A stretch of DNA of 64,000 bases from Eledone cirrhosa (taxonomy: Eukaryota), in NCBI GenBank assembly GCA_964016885.1, contig OZ024740.1, positions 398,288,001 to 398,352,000 on the forward strand. The letters are read 5' to 3'. The notes below the pieces were generated by a model. The model worked only from the letters and a program-made list of their open reading frames with translations, had not been told where the DNA came from and did no database searches. The position numbers and the translations under genes were made by a program. This document shows positions 1 to 14,700 of this stretch, piece by piece (positions within the stretch are counted from its first letter, which is position 1; the number at the start of each line of letters is the position of its first letter).

Positions 1-900
1 TAGTATCACTCAGACTGTCATAGAGTATCATTCAGACTGTCATATTGTATCACTCAGACTGTCGTATAGTATCACTCAGACTATCGTATTGTATCACTCA
101 GACTGTCATATAGTATCACTCAGACTGTCATATTGTATCACTCAGACTGTCATATAGTATCACTCAGACTGTCATATTGTATCACTCAGACTGTCATATA
201 GTATCACTCAGACTGTCATATTGTATCATTCAGATTGTCATACTGTATCACTCAGACTGTCATATAGTATCACTCAGACGGTCATATTGTATCATTCAGA
301 CTGTCATATAGTATAACTCAGACTGTCATATAGTATCATTCAGACTGTCATATTGTATCACTCAGACTGTCGTATAGTATCACTCAGACTATCGTATTGT
401 ATCACTCAGACTGTCATATAGTATCACTCAGACTGTCATATTGTATCACTCAGACTGTCATATAGTATCACTCAGACTGTCATATTGTATCACTCAGACT
501 GTCATATAGTATCACTCAGACTGTCATATTGTATCATTCAGATTGTCATACTGTATCACTCAGACTGTCATATAGTATCACTCAGACGGTCATATTGTAT
601 CATTCAGACTGTCATATAGTATAACTCAGACTGTCATATAGTATCATTCAGACTGTCATATTGTATCACTCAGACTGTCGTATAGTATCACTCAGACTAT
701 CGTATTGTATCACTCAGACTGTCATATAGTATCACTCAGACTGTCATATTGTATCACTCAGACTGTCATATAGTATCACTCAGACTGTCATATTGTATCA
801 CTCAGACTGTCATATAGTATCACTCAGACTGTCATATTGTATCATTCAGATTGTCATACTGTATCACTCAGACTGTCATATAGTATCACGCAGACGGTCA
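1..900. repeat. 308-bp (14-monomer) higher-order repeat, about 3 copies; repeated again at ~6271-7170
   Basis: Marker CAGATTGTCATACTG at 231, 539 and 847 (spacing 308), with GACGGTC, TATAACTC and GACTATCG variants in the same order. Confidence 0.9.
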
Positions 901-1499
901 TATTGTATCATTCAGACTGTCATATAGTATCACTCAGACAGTCATATAGTATAACTCAGACTGTCATATTGTATCATTCAGACTGTCATATTGTATCACT
1001 CAGACGGTCATATAGTATCACTCAGACGGTCATATTGTATCACTCAGACTGTCATATTGTATCACCCAGACTGTCATATTGTATCACTCATACTGTCATA
1101 TTGTATCACTCAGACTGTCATATTGTATCACTCAGACTGTCATACTGTATCACTCTGACTGTCATATTGTATCACTCAGACTGTAATATTGTATCATTCA
1201 GACTGTCATATTGTATCACTCAGACTGTCATATTGTATCACTCAGACTGTCATATTGTATCACTCAGACTGTCATATAGTATCACTCAGACTGTCATATT
1301 GTATCACTCAGACTGTCATATTGTATCACTCAGACTGTCATATAGTATCTTTCAGACTGTCATATAGTATCACTCAAACTGTCGTATTGTATCATTCAAA
1401 CTGTCATATTGTATCACTCAGACTGTCATATAGTATCACTCAGACTGTCATATAGTATCACTCAGACTGTCATATAGTATCACTCAGACTGTCATATTG

Positions 1500-4400
1500 T
1501 ATCACTCAGACTGTCATATTGTATCACTCAGACTGTCATATAGTATCACTCAGACTGTCATATTGTATCACTCAGACTGTCATATTGTATCACTCAGACT
1601 GTCATATAGTATCACTCAGACTGTCATATTGTATCATTCAGACTGTCATATTGTATCACTCAGACTGTCATATAGTATCACTCAGACTGTCATATAGTAT
1701 CACTCAGACTGTCATAGAGTATCATTCAGACTGTCATATTGTATCACTCAGACTGTCGTATAGTATCACTCAGACTATCGTATTGTATCACTCAGACTGT
1801 CATATAGTATCACTCAGACTGTCATATTGTATCACTCAGACTGTCATATAGTATCACTCAGACTGTCATATTGTATCACTCAGACTGTCATATAGTATCA
1901 CTCAGACTGTCATATTGTATCATTCAGATTGTCATACTGTATCACTCAGACTGTCATATAGTATCACTCAGACGGTCATATTGTATCATTCAGACTGTCA
2001 TATAGTATAACTCAGACTGTCATATAGTATCATTCAGACTGTCATATTGTATCACTCAGACTGTCGTATAGTATCACTCAGACTATCGTATTGTATCACT
2101 CAGACTGTCATATAGTATCACTCAGACTGTCATATTGTATCACTCAGACTGTCATATAGTATCACTCAGACTGTCATATTGTATCACTCAGACTGTCATA
2201 TAGTATCACTCAGACTGTCATATTGTATCATTCAGATTGTCATACTGTATCACTCAGACTGTCATATAGTATCACGCAGACGGTCATATTGTATCATTCA
2301 GACTGTCATATAGTATCACTCAGACAGTCATATAGTATAACTCAGACTGTCATATTGTATCATTCAGACTGTCATATTGTATCACTCAGACGGTCATATA
2401 GTATCACTCAGACGGTCATATTGTATCACTCAGACTGTCATATTGTATCACCCAGACTGTCATATTGTATCACTCAGACTGTCATATTGTATCACTCAGA
2501 CTATCGTATAGTATCACTCAGACTGTCATATAGTATCGCTCAGACTGTCATATAGTATCACTCAGACTGTCATATTGTATCACTCAGACTGTCATATAGT
2601 ATCTCTCAGACTGTCATATAGTATCACTCAGACTGTCATATAGTATCACTCAGACTGTCATATTGTATCATTCAGACTGTCATATTGTATCACTCAGACT
2701 GTCATATTGTATCACTCAGACTGTCATATTGTATCATTCAAACTGTCATATAGTATCACTCAGACTGTCATATAGTATCACTCAGACTGTCATATAGTAT
2801 CACTCAGACTGTCATATAGTATCACTCAGACTGTCATATTGTATCATTCAGACTGTCATATTGTATCACTCAGGCTGTCATATTGTATCACTCAGACTGT
2901 CGTATAGTATCACTCAGACTGTCATATTGTATCATTCAGACTGTCATATTGTATCACTCAGACTGTCATATTGTATCACTCAGACTGTCATATAGTATCA
3001 CTCAGACTGTCATATTGTATCATTCAGACTGTCATATTGGATCACTCAGACTGTCATATTGTATCACTCAGACTGTCATATTGTATCATTCAGACTATCG
3101 TATAGTATCACTCAGACTGTCATATAGTATCTCTCAGACTGTCATATTGTATCATTCAGACTGTCATATAGTATCGCTCAGACTGTCATATTGTATCACT
3201 CAGACTGTCATATTGTATCACTCAGACTGTCATATTGTGTCATTCAGACTATCGTATAGTATCACTCAGACTGTCATATAGTATCTCTCAGACTGTCATA
3301 TTGTATCATTCAGACTGTCATATTGTATCACTCAGACCATCGTACTGTATCACTCAGATTGTCATATTGTATAATTCAGACTGTCATATTGTATCATTCA
3401 GACTGTCATATAGTATCACTCAGACTGTCATATAGTATCATTCAGACTGTCATATTGTATCACTCAGACTGTCATATTGTATCACTCAGACTGTCATATT
3501 GTATCACTCAGACTGTCATATAGTATCACTCAGACTGTCATATAGCATCACTCAGAATGTCATATTGTATCATTCAGACTGTCATATAGTATCACTCAGA
3601 CTGTCATATAGTATCACTCAGACTGTCATATTGTATCACTCAGACTGTCATATTGTATCACTCAGACTGTCATATAGTATCACTCAGACTGTCATATTGT
3701 ATCACTCAGACTGTCATATTGTATCACTCAGACTGTCATATAGTATCACTCAGACTGTCATATTGTATCATTCAGACTGTCATATTGTATCACTCAGACT
3801 GTCATATAGTATCACTCAGACTGTCATATAGTATCACTCAGACTGTCATAGAGTATCATTCAGACTGTCATATTGTATCACTCAGACTGTCGTATAGTAT
3901 CACTCAGACTATCGTATTGTATCACTCAGACTGTCATATAGTATCACTCAGACTGTCATATTGTATCACTCAGACTGTCATATAGTATCACTCAGACTGT
4001 CATATTGTATCACTCAGACTGTCATATAGTATCACTCAGACTGTCATATTGTATCATTCAGATTGTCATACTGTATCACTCAGATTGTCATATAGTATCA
4101 CTCAGACGGTCATATTGTATCATTCAGACTGTCATATAGTATAACTCAGACTGTCATATAGTATCATTCAGACTGTCATATTGTATCACTCAGACTGTCG
4201 TATAGTATCACTCAGACTATCGTATTGTATCACTCAGACTGTCATATAGTATCACTCAGACTGTCATATTGTATCACTCAGACTGTCATATAGTATCACT
4301 CAGACTGTCATATTGTATCACTCAGACTGTCATATAGTATCACTCAGACTGTCATATTGTATCATTCAAATTGTCATACTGTATCACTCAGACTGTCATA

Positions 4401-5750
4401 TAGTATCACGCAGACGGTCATATTGTATCATTCAGACTGTCATATAGTATCACTCAGACAGTCATATAGTATAACTCAGACTGTCATATTGTATCATTCA
4501 GACTGTCATATTGTATCACTCAGACGGTCATATAGTATCACTCAGACGGTCATATTGTATCACTCAGACTGTCATATTGTATCACCCAGACTGTCATATT
4601 GTATCACTCAGACTGTCATATTGTATCACTCAGACTATCGTATAGTATCACTCAGACTGTCATATAGTATCGCTCAGACTGTCATATAGTATCACTCAGA
4701 CTGTCATATTGTATCACTCAGACTGTCATATAGTATCTCTCAGACTGTCATATAGTATCACTCAGACTGTCATATAGTATCACTCAGACTGTCATATTGT
4801 ATCATTCAGACTGTCATATTGTATCACTCAGACTGTCATATTGTATCACTCAGACTGTCATATTGTATCATTCAAACTGTCATATAGTATCACTCAGACT
4901 GTCATATAGTATCACTCAGACTGTCATATAGTATCACTCAGACTGTCATATAGTATCACTCAGACTGTCATATTGTATCATTCAGACTGTCATGTTGTAT
5001 CACTCAGGCTGTCATATTGTATCACTCAGACTGTCGTATAGTATCACTCAGACTGTCATATTGTATCATTCAGACTGTCATATAGTATCACTCAGACTGT
5101 CATATTGTATCATTCAGACTGTCATATTGTATCACTCAGACTGTCATATTGTATCACTCAGACTGTCATATAGTATCACTCAGACTGTCATATTGTATCA
5201 TTCAGACTGTCATATTGGATCACTCAGACTGTCATATTGTATCACTCAGACTGTCATATTGTATCATTCAGACTATCGTATAGTATCACTCAGACTGTCA
5301 TATAGTATCTCTCAGACTGTCATATTGTATCATTCAGACTGTCATATAGTATCGCTCAGACTGTCATATTGTATCACTCAGACTGTCATATTGTATCACT
5401 CAGACTGTCATATTGTGTCATTCAGACTATCGTATAGTATCACTCAGACTGTCATATAGTATCTCTCAGACTGTCATATTGTATCATTCAGACTGTCATA
5501 TTGTATCACTCAGACCATCGTACTGTATCACTCAGATTGTCATATTGTATAATTCAGACTGTCATATTGTATCATTCAGACTGTCATATAGTATCACTCA
5601 GACTGTCATATAGTATCATTCAGACTGTCATATTGTATCACTCAGACTGTCATATTGTATCACTCAGACTGTCATATTGTATCACTCAGACTGTCATATA
5701 GTATCACTCAGACTGTCATATAGCATCACTCACAATGTCATATTGTATCA
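1500..5750. repeat. ~2.1-kb higher-order repeat (2134 bp = 97 monomers, shifting to 2178 bp = 99 monomers) nested in the 6270-bp unit
   Basis: Offsets 1519/3653 and 2223/4357 = 2134; 3235/5413 and GGATC markers 3039/5217 = 2178. Confidence 0.88.
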
Positions 5751-8700
5751 TTCAGACTGTCATATAGTATCACTCAGACTGTCATATTGTATCATTCAGA
5801 CTGTCATATTGTATTACTCAGACTGTCATATTGTATCACTCAGACTGTCATATTGTATCACTCAAACTGTCATATTGTATCACCCAGACTGTCATATTGT
5901 ATCACTCAGACTGTCATATAGTATCTCTCAGACTGTCATATAGTATCACTCAAACTGTCGTATTGTATCATTCAAACTGTCATATTGTATCACTCAGACT
6001 GTCATATAGTATCACTCAGACTGTCATATAGTATCACTCAGACTGTCACATAGTATCACTCAGACTGTCATATTGTATCACTCAGACTGTCATATTGTAT
6101 CACTCAGACTGTCATATAGTATCACTCAGACTGTCATATTGTATCACGCAGACTGTCATATTGTATCACTCAGACTGTCATATAGTATCACTCAGACTGT
6201 CATATTGTATCATTCAGACTGTCATACTGTATCACTCAGACTGTCATATAGTATCACTCAGACTGTCATATAGTATCACTCAGACTGTCATAGAGTATCA
6301 TTCAGACTGTCATATTGTATCACTCAGACTGTCGTATAGTATCACTCAGACTATCGTATTGTATCACTCAGACTGTCATATAGTATCACTCAGACTGTCA
6401 TATTGTATCACTCAGACTGTCATATAGTATCACTCAGACTGTCATATTGTATCACTCAGACTGTCATATAGTATCACTCAGACTGTCATATTGTATCATT
6501 CAGATTGTCATACTGTATCACTCAGACTGTCATATAGTATCACTCAGACGGTCATATTGTATCATTCAGACTGTCATATAGTATAACTCAGACTGTCATA
6601 TAGTATCATTCAGACTGTCATATTGTATCACTCAGACTGTCGTATAGTATCACTCAGACTATCGTATTGTATCACTCAGACTGTCATATAGTATCACTCA
6701 GACTGTCATATTGTATCACTCAGACTGTCATATAGTATCACTCAGACTGTCATATTGTATCACTCAGACTGTCATATAGTATCACTCAGACTGTCATATT
6801 GTATCATTCAGATTGTCATACTGTATCACTCAGACTGTCATATAGTATCACTCAGACGGTCATATTGTATCATTCAGACTGTCATATAGTATAACTCAGA
6901 CTGTCATATAGTATCATTCAGACTGTCATATTGTATCACTCAGACTGTCGTATAGTATCACTCAGACTATCGTATTGTATCACTCAGACTGTCATATAGT
7001 ATCACTCAGACTGTCATATTGTATCACTCAGACTGTCATATAGTATCACTCAGACTGTCATATTGTATCACTCAGACTGTCATATAGTATCACTCAGACT
7101 GTCATATTGTATCATTCAGATTGTCATACTGTATCACTCAGACTGTCATATAGTATCACGCAGACGGTCATATTGTATCATTCAGACTGTCATATAGTAT
7201 CACTCAGACAGTCATATAGTATAACTCAGACTGTCATATTGTATCATTCAGACTGTCATATTGTATCACTCAGACGGTCATATAGTATCACTCAGACGGT
7301 CATATTGTATCACTCAGACTGTCATATTGTATCACCCAGACTGTCATATTGTATCACTCATACTGTCATATTGTATCACTCAGACTGTCATATTGTATCA
7401 CTCAGACTGTCATACTGTATCACTCTGACTGTCATATTGTATCACTCAGACTGTAATATTGTATCATTCAGACTGTCATATTGTATCACTCAGACTGTCA
7501 TATTGTATCACTCAGACTGTCATATTGTATCACTCAGACTGTCATATAGTATCACTCAGACTGTCATATTGTATCACTCAGACTGTCATATTGTATCACT
7601 CAGACTGTCATATAGTATCTTTCAGACTGTCATATAGTATCACTCAAACTGTCGTATTGTATCATTCAAACTGTCATATTGTATCACTCAGACTGTCATA
7701 TAGTATCACTCAGACTGTCATATAGTATCACTCAGACTGTCATATAGTATCACTCAGACTGTCATATTGTATCACTCAGACTGTCATATTGTATCACTCA
7801 GACTGTCATATAGTATCACTCAGACTGTCATATTGTATCACTCAGACTGTCATATTGTATCACTCAGACTGTCATATAGTATCACTCAGACTGTCATATT
7901 GTATCATTCAGACTGTCATATTGTATCACTCAGACTGTCATATAGTATCACTCAGACTGTCATATAGTATCACTCAGACTGTCATAGAGTATCATTCAGA
8001 CTGTCATATTGTATCACTCAGACTGTCGTATAGTATCACTCAGACTATCGTATTGTATCACTCAGACTGTCATATAGTATCACTCAGACTGTCATATTGT
8101 ATCACTCAGACTGTCATATAGTATCACTCAGACTGTCATATTGTATCACTCAGACTGTCATATAGTATCACTCAGACTGTCATATTGTATCATTCAGATT
8201 GTCATACTGTATCACTCAGACTGTCATATAGTATCACTCAGACGGTCATATTGTATCATTCAGACTGTCATATAGTATAACTCAGACTGTCATATAGTAT
8301 CATTCAGACTGTCATATTGTATCACTCAGACTGTCGTATAGTATCACTCAGACTATCGTATTGTATCACTCAGACTGTCATATAGTATCACTCAGACTGT
8401 CATATTGTATCACTCAGACTGTCATATAGTATCACTCAGACTGTCATATTGTATCACTCAGACTGTCATATAGTATCACTCAGACTGTCATATTGTATCA
8501 TTCAGATTGTCATACTGTATCACTCAGACTGTCATATAGTATCACGCAGACGGTCATATTGTATCATTCAGACTGTCATATAGTATCACTCAGACAGTCA
8601 TATAGTATAACTCAGACTGTCATATTGTATCATTCAGACTGTCATATTGTATCACTCAGACGGTCATATAGTATCACTCAGACGGTCATATTGTATCACT

Positions 8701-8779
8701 CAGACTGTCATATTGTATCACCCAGACTGTCATATTGTATCACTCAGACTGTCATATTGTATCACTCAGACTATCGTAT

Positions 8780-11700
8780 AGTATCACTCAGACTGTCATA
8801 TAGTATCGCTCAGACTGTCATATAGTATCACTCAGACTGTCATATTGTATCACTCAGACTGTCATATAGTATCTCTCAGACTGTCATATAGTATCACTCA
8901 GACTGTCATATAGTATCACTCAGACTGTCATATTGTATCATTCAGACTGTCATATTGTATCACTCAGACTGTCATATTGTATCACTCAGACTGTCATATT
9001 GTATCATTCAAACTGTCATATAGTATCACTCAGACTGTCATATAGTATCACTCAGACTGTCATATAGTATCACTCAGACTGTCATATAGTATCACTCAGA
9101 CTGTCATATTGTATCATTCAGACTGTCATATTGTATCACTCAGGCTGTCATATTGTATCACTCAGACTGTCGTATAGTATCACTCAGACTGTCATATTGT
9201 ATCATTCAGACTGTCATATTGTATCACTCAGACTGTCATATTGTATCACTCAGACTGTCATATAGTATCACTCAGACTGTCATATTGTATCATTCAGACT
9301 GTCATATTGGATCACTCAGACTGTCATATTGTATCACTCAGACTGTCATATTGTATCATTCAGACTATCGTATAGTATCACTCAGACTGTCATATAGTAT
9401 CTCTCAGACTGTCATATTGTATCATTCAGACTGTCATATAGTATCGCTCAGACTGTCATATTGTATCACTCAGACTGTCATATTGTATCACTCAGACTGT
9501 CATATTGTGTCATTCAGACTATCGTATAGTATCACTCAGACTGTCATATAGTATCTCTCAGACTGTCATATTGTATCATTCAGACTGTCATATTGTATCA
9601 CTCAGACCATCGTACTGTATCACTCAGATTGTCATATTGTATAATTCAGACTGTCATATTGTATCATTCAGACTGTCATATAGTATCACTCAGACTGTCA
9701 TATAGTATCATTCAGACTGTCATATTGTATCACTCAGACTGTCATATTGTATCACTCAGACTGTCATATTGTATCACTCAGACTGTCATATAGTATCACT
9801 CAGACTGTCATATAGCATCACTCAGAATGTCATATTGTATCATTCAGACTGTCATATAGTATCACTCAGACTGTCATATAGTATCACTCAGACTGTCATA
9901 TTGTATCACTCAGACTGTCATATTGTATCACTCAGACTGTCATATAGTATCACTCAGACTGTCATATTGTATCACTCAGACTGTCATATTGTATCACTCA
10001 GACTGTCATATAGTATCACTCAGACTGTCATATTGTATCATTCAGACTGTCATATTGTATCACTCAGACTGTCATATAGTATCACTCAGACTGTCATATA
10101 GTATCACTCAGACTGTCATAGAGTATCATTCAGACTGTCATATTGTATCACTCAGACTGTCGTATAGTATCACTCAGACTATCGTATTGTATCACTCAGA
10201 CTGTCATATAGTATCACTCAGACTGTCATATTGTATCACTCAGACTGTCATATAGTATCACTCAGACTGTCATATTGTATCACTCAGACTGTCATATAGT
10301 ATCACTCAGACTGTCATATTGTATCATTCAGATTGTCATACTGTATCACTCAGATTGTCATATAGTATCACTCAGACGGTCATATTGTATCATTCAGACT
10401 GTCATATAGTATAACTCAGACTGTCATATAGTATCATTCAGACTGTCATATTGTATCACTCAGACTGTCGTATAGTATCACTCAGACTATCGTATTGTAT
10501 CACTCAGACTGTCATATAGTATCACTCAGACTGTCATATTGTATCACTCAGACTGTCATATAGTATCACTCAGACTGTCATATTGTATCACTCAGACTGT
10601 CATATAGTATCACTCAGACTGTCATATTGTATCATTCAAATTGTCATACTGTATCACTCAGACTGTCATATAGTATCACGCAGACGGTCATATTGTATCA
10701 TTCAGACTGTCATATAGTATCACTCAGACAGTCATATAGTATAACTCAGACTGTCATATTGTATCATTCAGACTGTCATATTGTATCACTCAGACGGTCA
10801 TATAGTATCACTCAGACGGTCATATTGTATCACTCAGACTGTCATATTGTATCACCCAGACTGTCATATTGTATCACTCAGACTGTCATATTGTATCACT
10901 CAGACTATCGTATAGTATCACTCAGACTGTCATATAGTATCGCTCAGACTGTCATATAGTATCACTCAGACTGTCATATTGTATCACTCAGACTGTCATA
11001 TAGTATCTCTCAGACTGTCATATAGTATCACTCAGACTGTCATATAGTATCACTCAGACTGTCATATTGTATCATTCAGACTGTCATATTGTATCACTCA
11101 GACTGTCATATTGTATCACTCAGACTGTCATATTGTATCATTCAAACTGTCATATAGTATCACTCAGACTGTCATATAGTATCACTCAGACTGTCATATA
11201 GTATCACTCAGACTGTCATATAGTATCACTCAGACTGTCATATTGTATCATTCAGACTGTCATGTTGTATCACTCAGGCTGTCATATTGTATCACTCAGA
11301 CTGTCGTATAGTATCACTCAGACTGTCATATTGTATCATTCAGACTGTCATATAGTATCACTCAGACTGTCATATTGTATCATTCAGACTGTCATATTGT
11401 ATCACTCAGACTGTCATATTGTATCACTCAGACTGTCATATAGTATCACTCAGACTGTCATATTGTATCATTCAGACTGTCATATTGGATCACTCAGACT
11501 GTCATATTGTATCACTCAGACTGTCATATTGTATCATTCAGACTATCGTATAGTATCACTCAGACTGTCATATAGTATCTCTCAGACTGTCATATTGTAT
11601 CATTCAGACTGTCATATAGTATCGCTCAGACTGTCATATTGTATCACTCAGACTGTCATATTGTATCACTCAGACTGTCATATTGTGTCATTCAGACTAT

Positions 11701-14700
11701 CGTATAGTATCACTCAGACTGTCATATAGTATCTCTCAGACTGTCATATTGTATCATTCAGACTGTCATATTGTATCACTCAGACCATCGTACTGTATCA
11801 CTCAGATTGTCATATTGTATAATTCAGACTGTCATATTGTATCATTCAGACTGTCATATAGTATCACTCAGACTGTCATATAGTATCATTCAGACTGTCA
11901 TATTGTATCACTCAGACTGTCATATTGTATCACTCAGACTGTCATATTGTATCACTCAGACTGTCATATAGTATCACTCAGACTGTCATATAGCATCACT
12001 CACAATGTCATATTGTATCATTCAGACTGTCATATAGTATCACTCAGACTGTCATATTGTATCATTCAGACTGTCATATTGTATTACTCAGACTGTCATA
12101 TTGTATCACTCAGACTGTCATATTGTATCACTCAAACTGTCATATTGTATCACCCAGACTGTCATATTGTATCACTCAGACTGTCATATAGTATCACTCA
12201 GACTGTCATATTGTATCACCCAGGCTGTCATATAGTATCACTCAGACTGTCATATTGTATCACTCAGACTATCGTATAGTATCACTCAGACTGTCATATA
12301 GTATCACTCAGTCTGTCATATAGTATCACTCAGACTGTCATATTATATCACTCAGACTGTCATATAGTATCTCTCAGACTGTCATATTGTATCATTCAGA
12401 CTGTCATATTGTATCACTCAGACTGTCATATTGTATCGCCCAGACTGTCATATTGTATCACTAAGACTGTCATATAGTATCACTCAGACTGTCATATAGT
12501 ATCACTCAGACTGTCATATTGTATCACTCAGACTGTCGTATAGTATCACTCAGACTGTCATATAGTATCGCTCAGACTGTCATATAGTATCACTCAGACT
12601 GTCATATTGTATCACTCAGACTGTCATATAGTATCTCTCAGACTGTCATATAGTATCACTCAGACTGTCATATAGTATCACTCAGACTGTCATATTGTAT
12701 CATTCAGACTGTCATATTGTATCACTCAGACTGTCATATTGTATCACTCAGACTGTCATATTGTATCATTCAAACTGTCATATAGTATCACTCAGACTGT
12801 CATATAGTATCACTCAGACTGTCATATAGTATCACTCAGACTGTCATATAGTATCACTCAGACTGTCATATTGTATCATTCAGACTGTCATATTGTATCA
12901 CTCAGGCTGTCATATTGTATCACTCAGACTGTCGTATAGTATCACTCAGACTGTCATATTGTATCATTCAGACTGTCATATTGTATCACTCAGACTGTCA
13001 TATTGTATCACTCAGACTGTCATATAGTATCACTCAGACTGTCATATTGTATCATTCAGACTGTCATATTGGATCACTCAGACTGTCATATTGTATCACT
13101 CAGACTGTCATATTGTATCATTCAGACTATCGTATAGTATCACTCAGACTGTCATATAGTATCTCTCAGACTGTCATATTGTATCATTCAGACTGTCATA
13201 TAGTATCGCTCAGACTGTCATATTGTATCACTCAGACTGTCATATTGTATCACTCAGACTGTCATATTGTGTCATTCAGACTATCGTATAGTATCACTCA
13301 GACTGTCATATAGTATCTCTCAGACTGTCATATTGTATCATTCAGACTGTCATATTGTATCACTCAGACCATCGTACTGTATCACTCAGATTGTCATATT
13401 GTATAATTCAGACTGTCATATTGTATCATTCAGACTGTCATATAGTATCACTCAGACTGTCATATAGTATCATTCAGACTGTCATATTGTATCACTCAGA
13501 CTGTCATATTGTATCACTCAGACTGTCATATTGTATCACTCAGACTGTCATATAGTATCACTCAGACTGTCATATAGCATCACTCAGAATGTCATATTGT
13601 ATCATTCAGACTGTCATATAGTATCACTCAGACTGTCATATAGTATCACTCAGACTGTCATATTGTATCACTCAGACTGTCATATTGTATCACTCAGACT
13701 GTCATATAGTATCACTCAGACTGTCATATTGTATCACTCAGACTGTCATATTGTATCACTCAGACTGTCATATAGTATCACTCAGACTGTCATATTGTAT
13801 CATTCAGACTGTCATATTGTATCACTCAGACTGTCATATAGTATCACTCAGACTGTCATATAGTATCACTCAGACTGTCATAGAGTATCATTCAGACTGT
13901 CATATTGTATCACTCAGACTGTCGTATAGTATCACTCAGACTATCGTATTGTATCACTCTGACTGTCATATAGTATCACTCAGACTGTCATATTGTATCA
14001 CTCAGACTGTCATATAGTATCACTCAGACTGTCATATTGTATCACTCAGACTGTCATATAGTATCACTCAGACTGTCATATTGTATCATTCAGATTGTCA
14101 TACTGTATCACTCAGATTGTCATATAGTATCACTCAGACGGTCATATTGTATCATTCAGACTGTCATATAGTATAACTCAGACTGTCATATAGTATCACT
14201 CAGACAGTCATATAGTATAACTCAGACTGTCATATTGTATCATTCAGACTGTCATATTGTATCACTCAGACGGTCATATAGTATCACTCAGACGGTCATA
14301 TTGTATCACTCAGACTGTCATATTGTATCACCCAGACTGTCATATTGTATCACTCAGACTGTCATATTGTATCACTCAGACTATCGTATAGTATCACTCA
14401 GACTGTCATATAGTATCGCTCAGACTGTCATATAGTATCACTCAGACTGTCATATTGTATCACTCAGACTGTCATATAGTATCTCTCAGACTGTCATATA
14501 GTATCACTCAGACTGTCATATAGTATCACTCAGACTGTCATATTGTATCATTCAGACTGTCATATTGTATCACTCAGACTGTCATATTGTATCACTCAGA
14601 CTGTCATATTGTATCATTCAAACTGTCATATAGTATCACTCAGACTGTCATATAGTATCACTCAGACTGTCATATAGTATCACTCAGACTGTCATATAGT

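Larger units (their letters stand above)
1..12195. repeat. 6270-bp (285-monomer) near-perfect duplication: 1-5925 matches 6271-12195
   Basis: Identical ORF-track translations at constant offset 6270 (837/7107, 2223/8493, 4992/11262, 5501/11771). Match breaks at 5926 (TATCTCTC) vs 12196 (TATCACTC). Confidence 0.93.
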
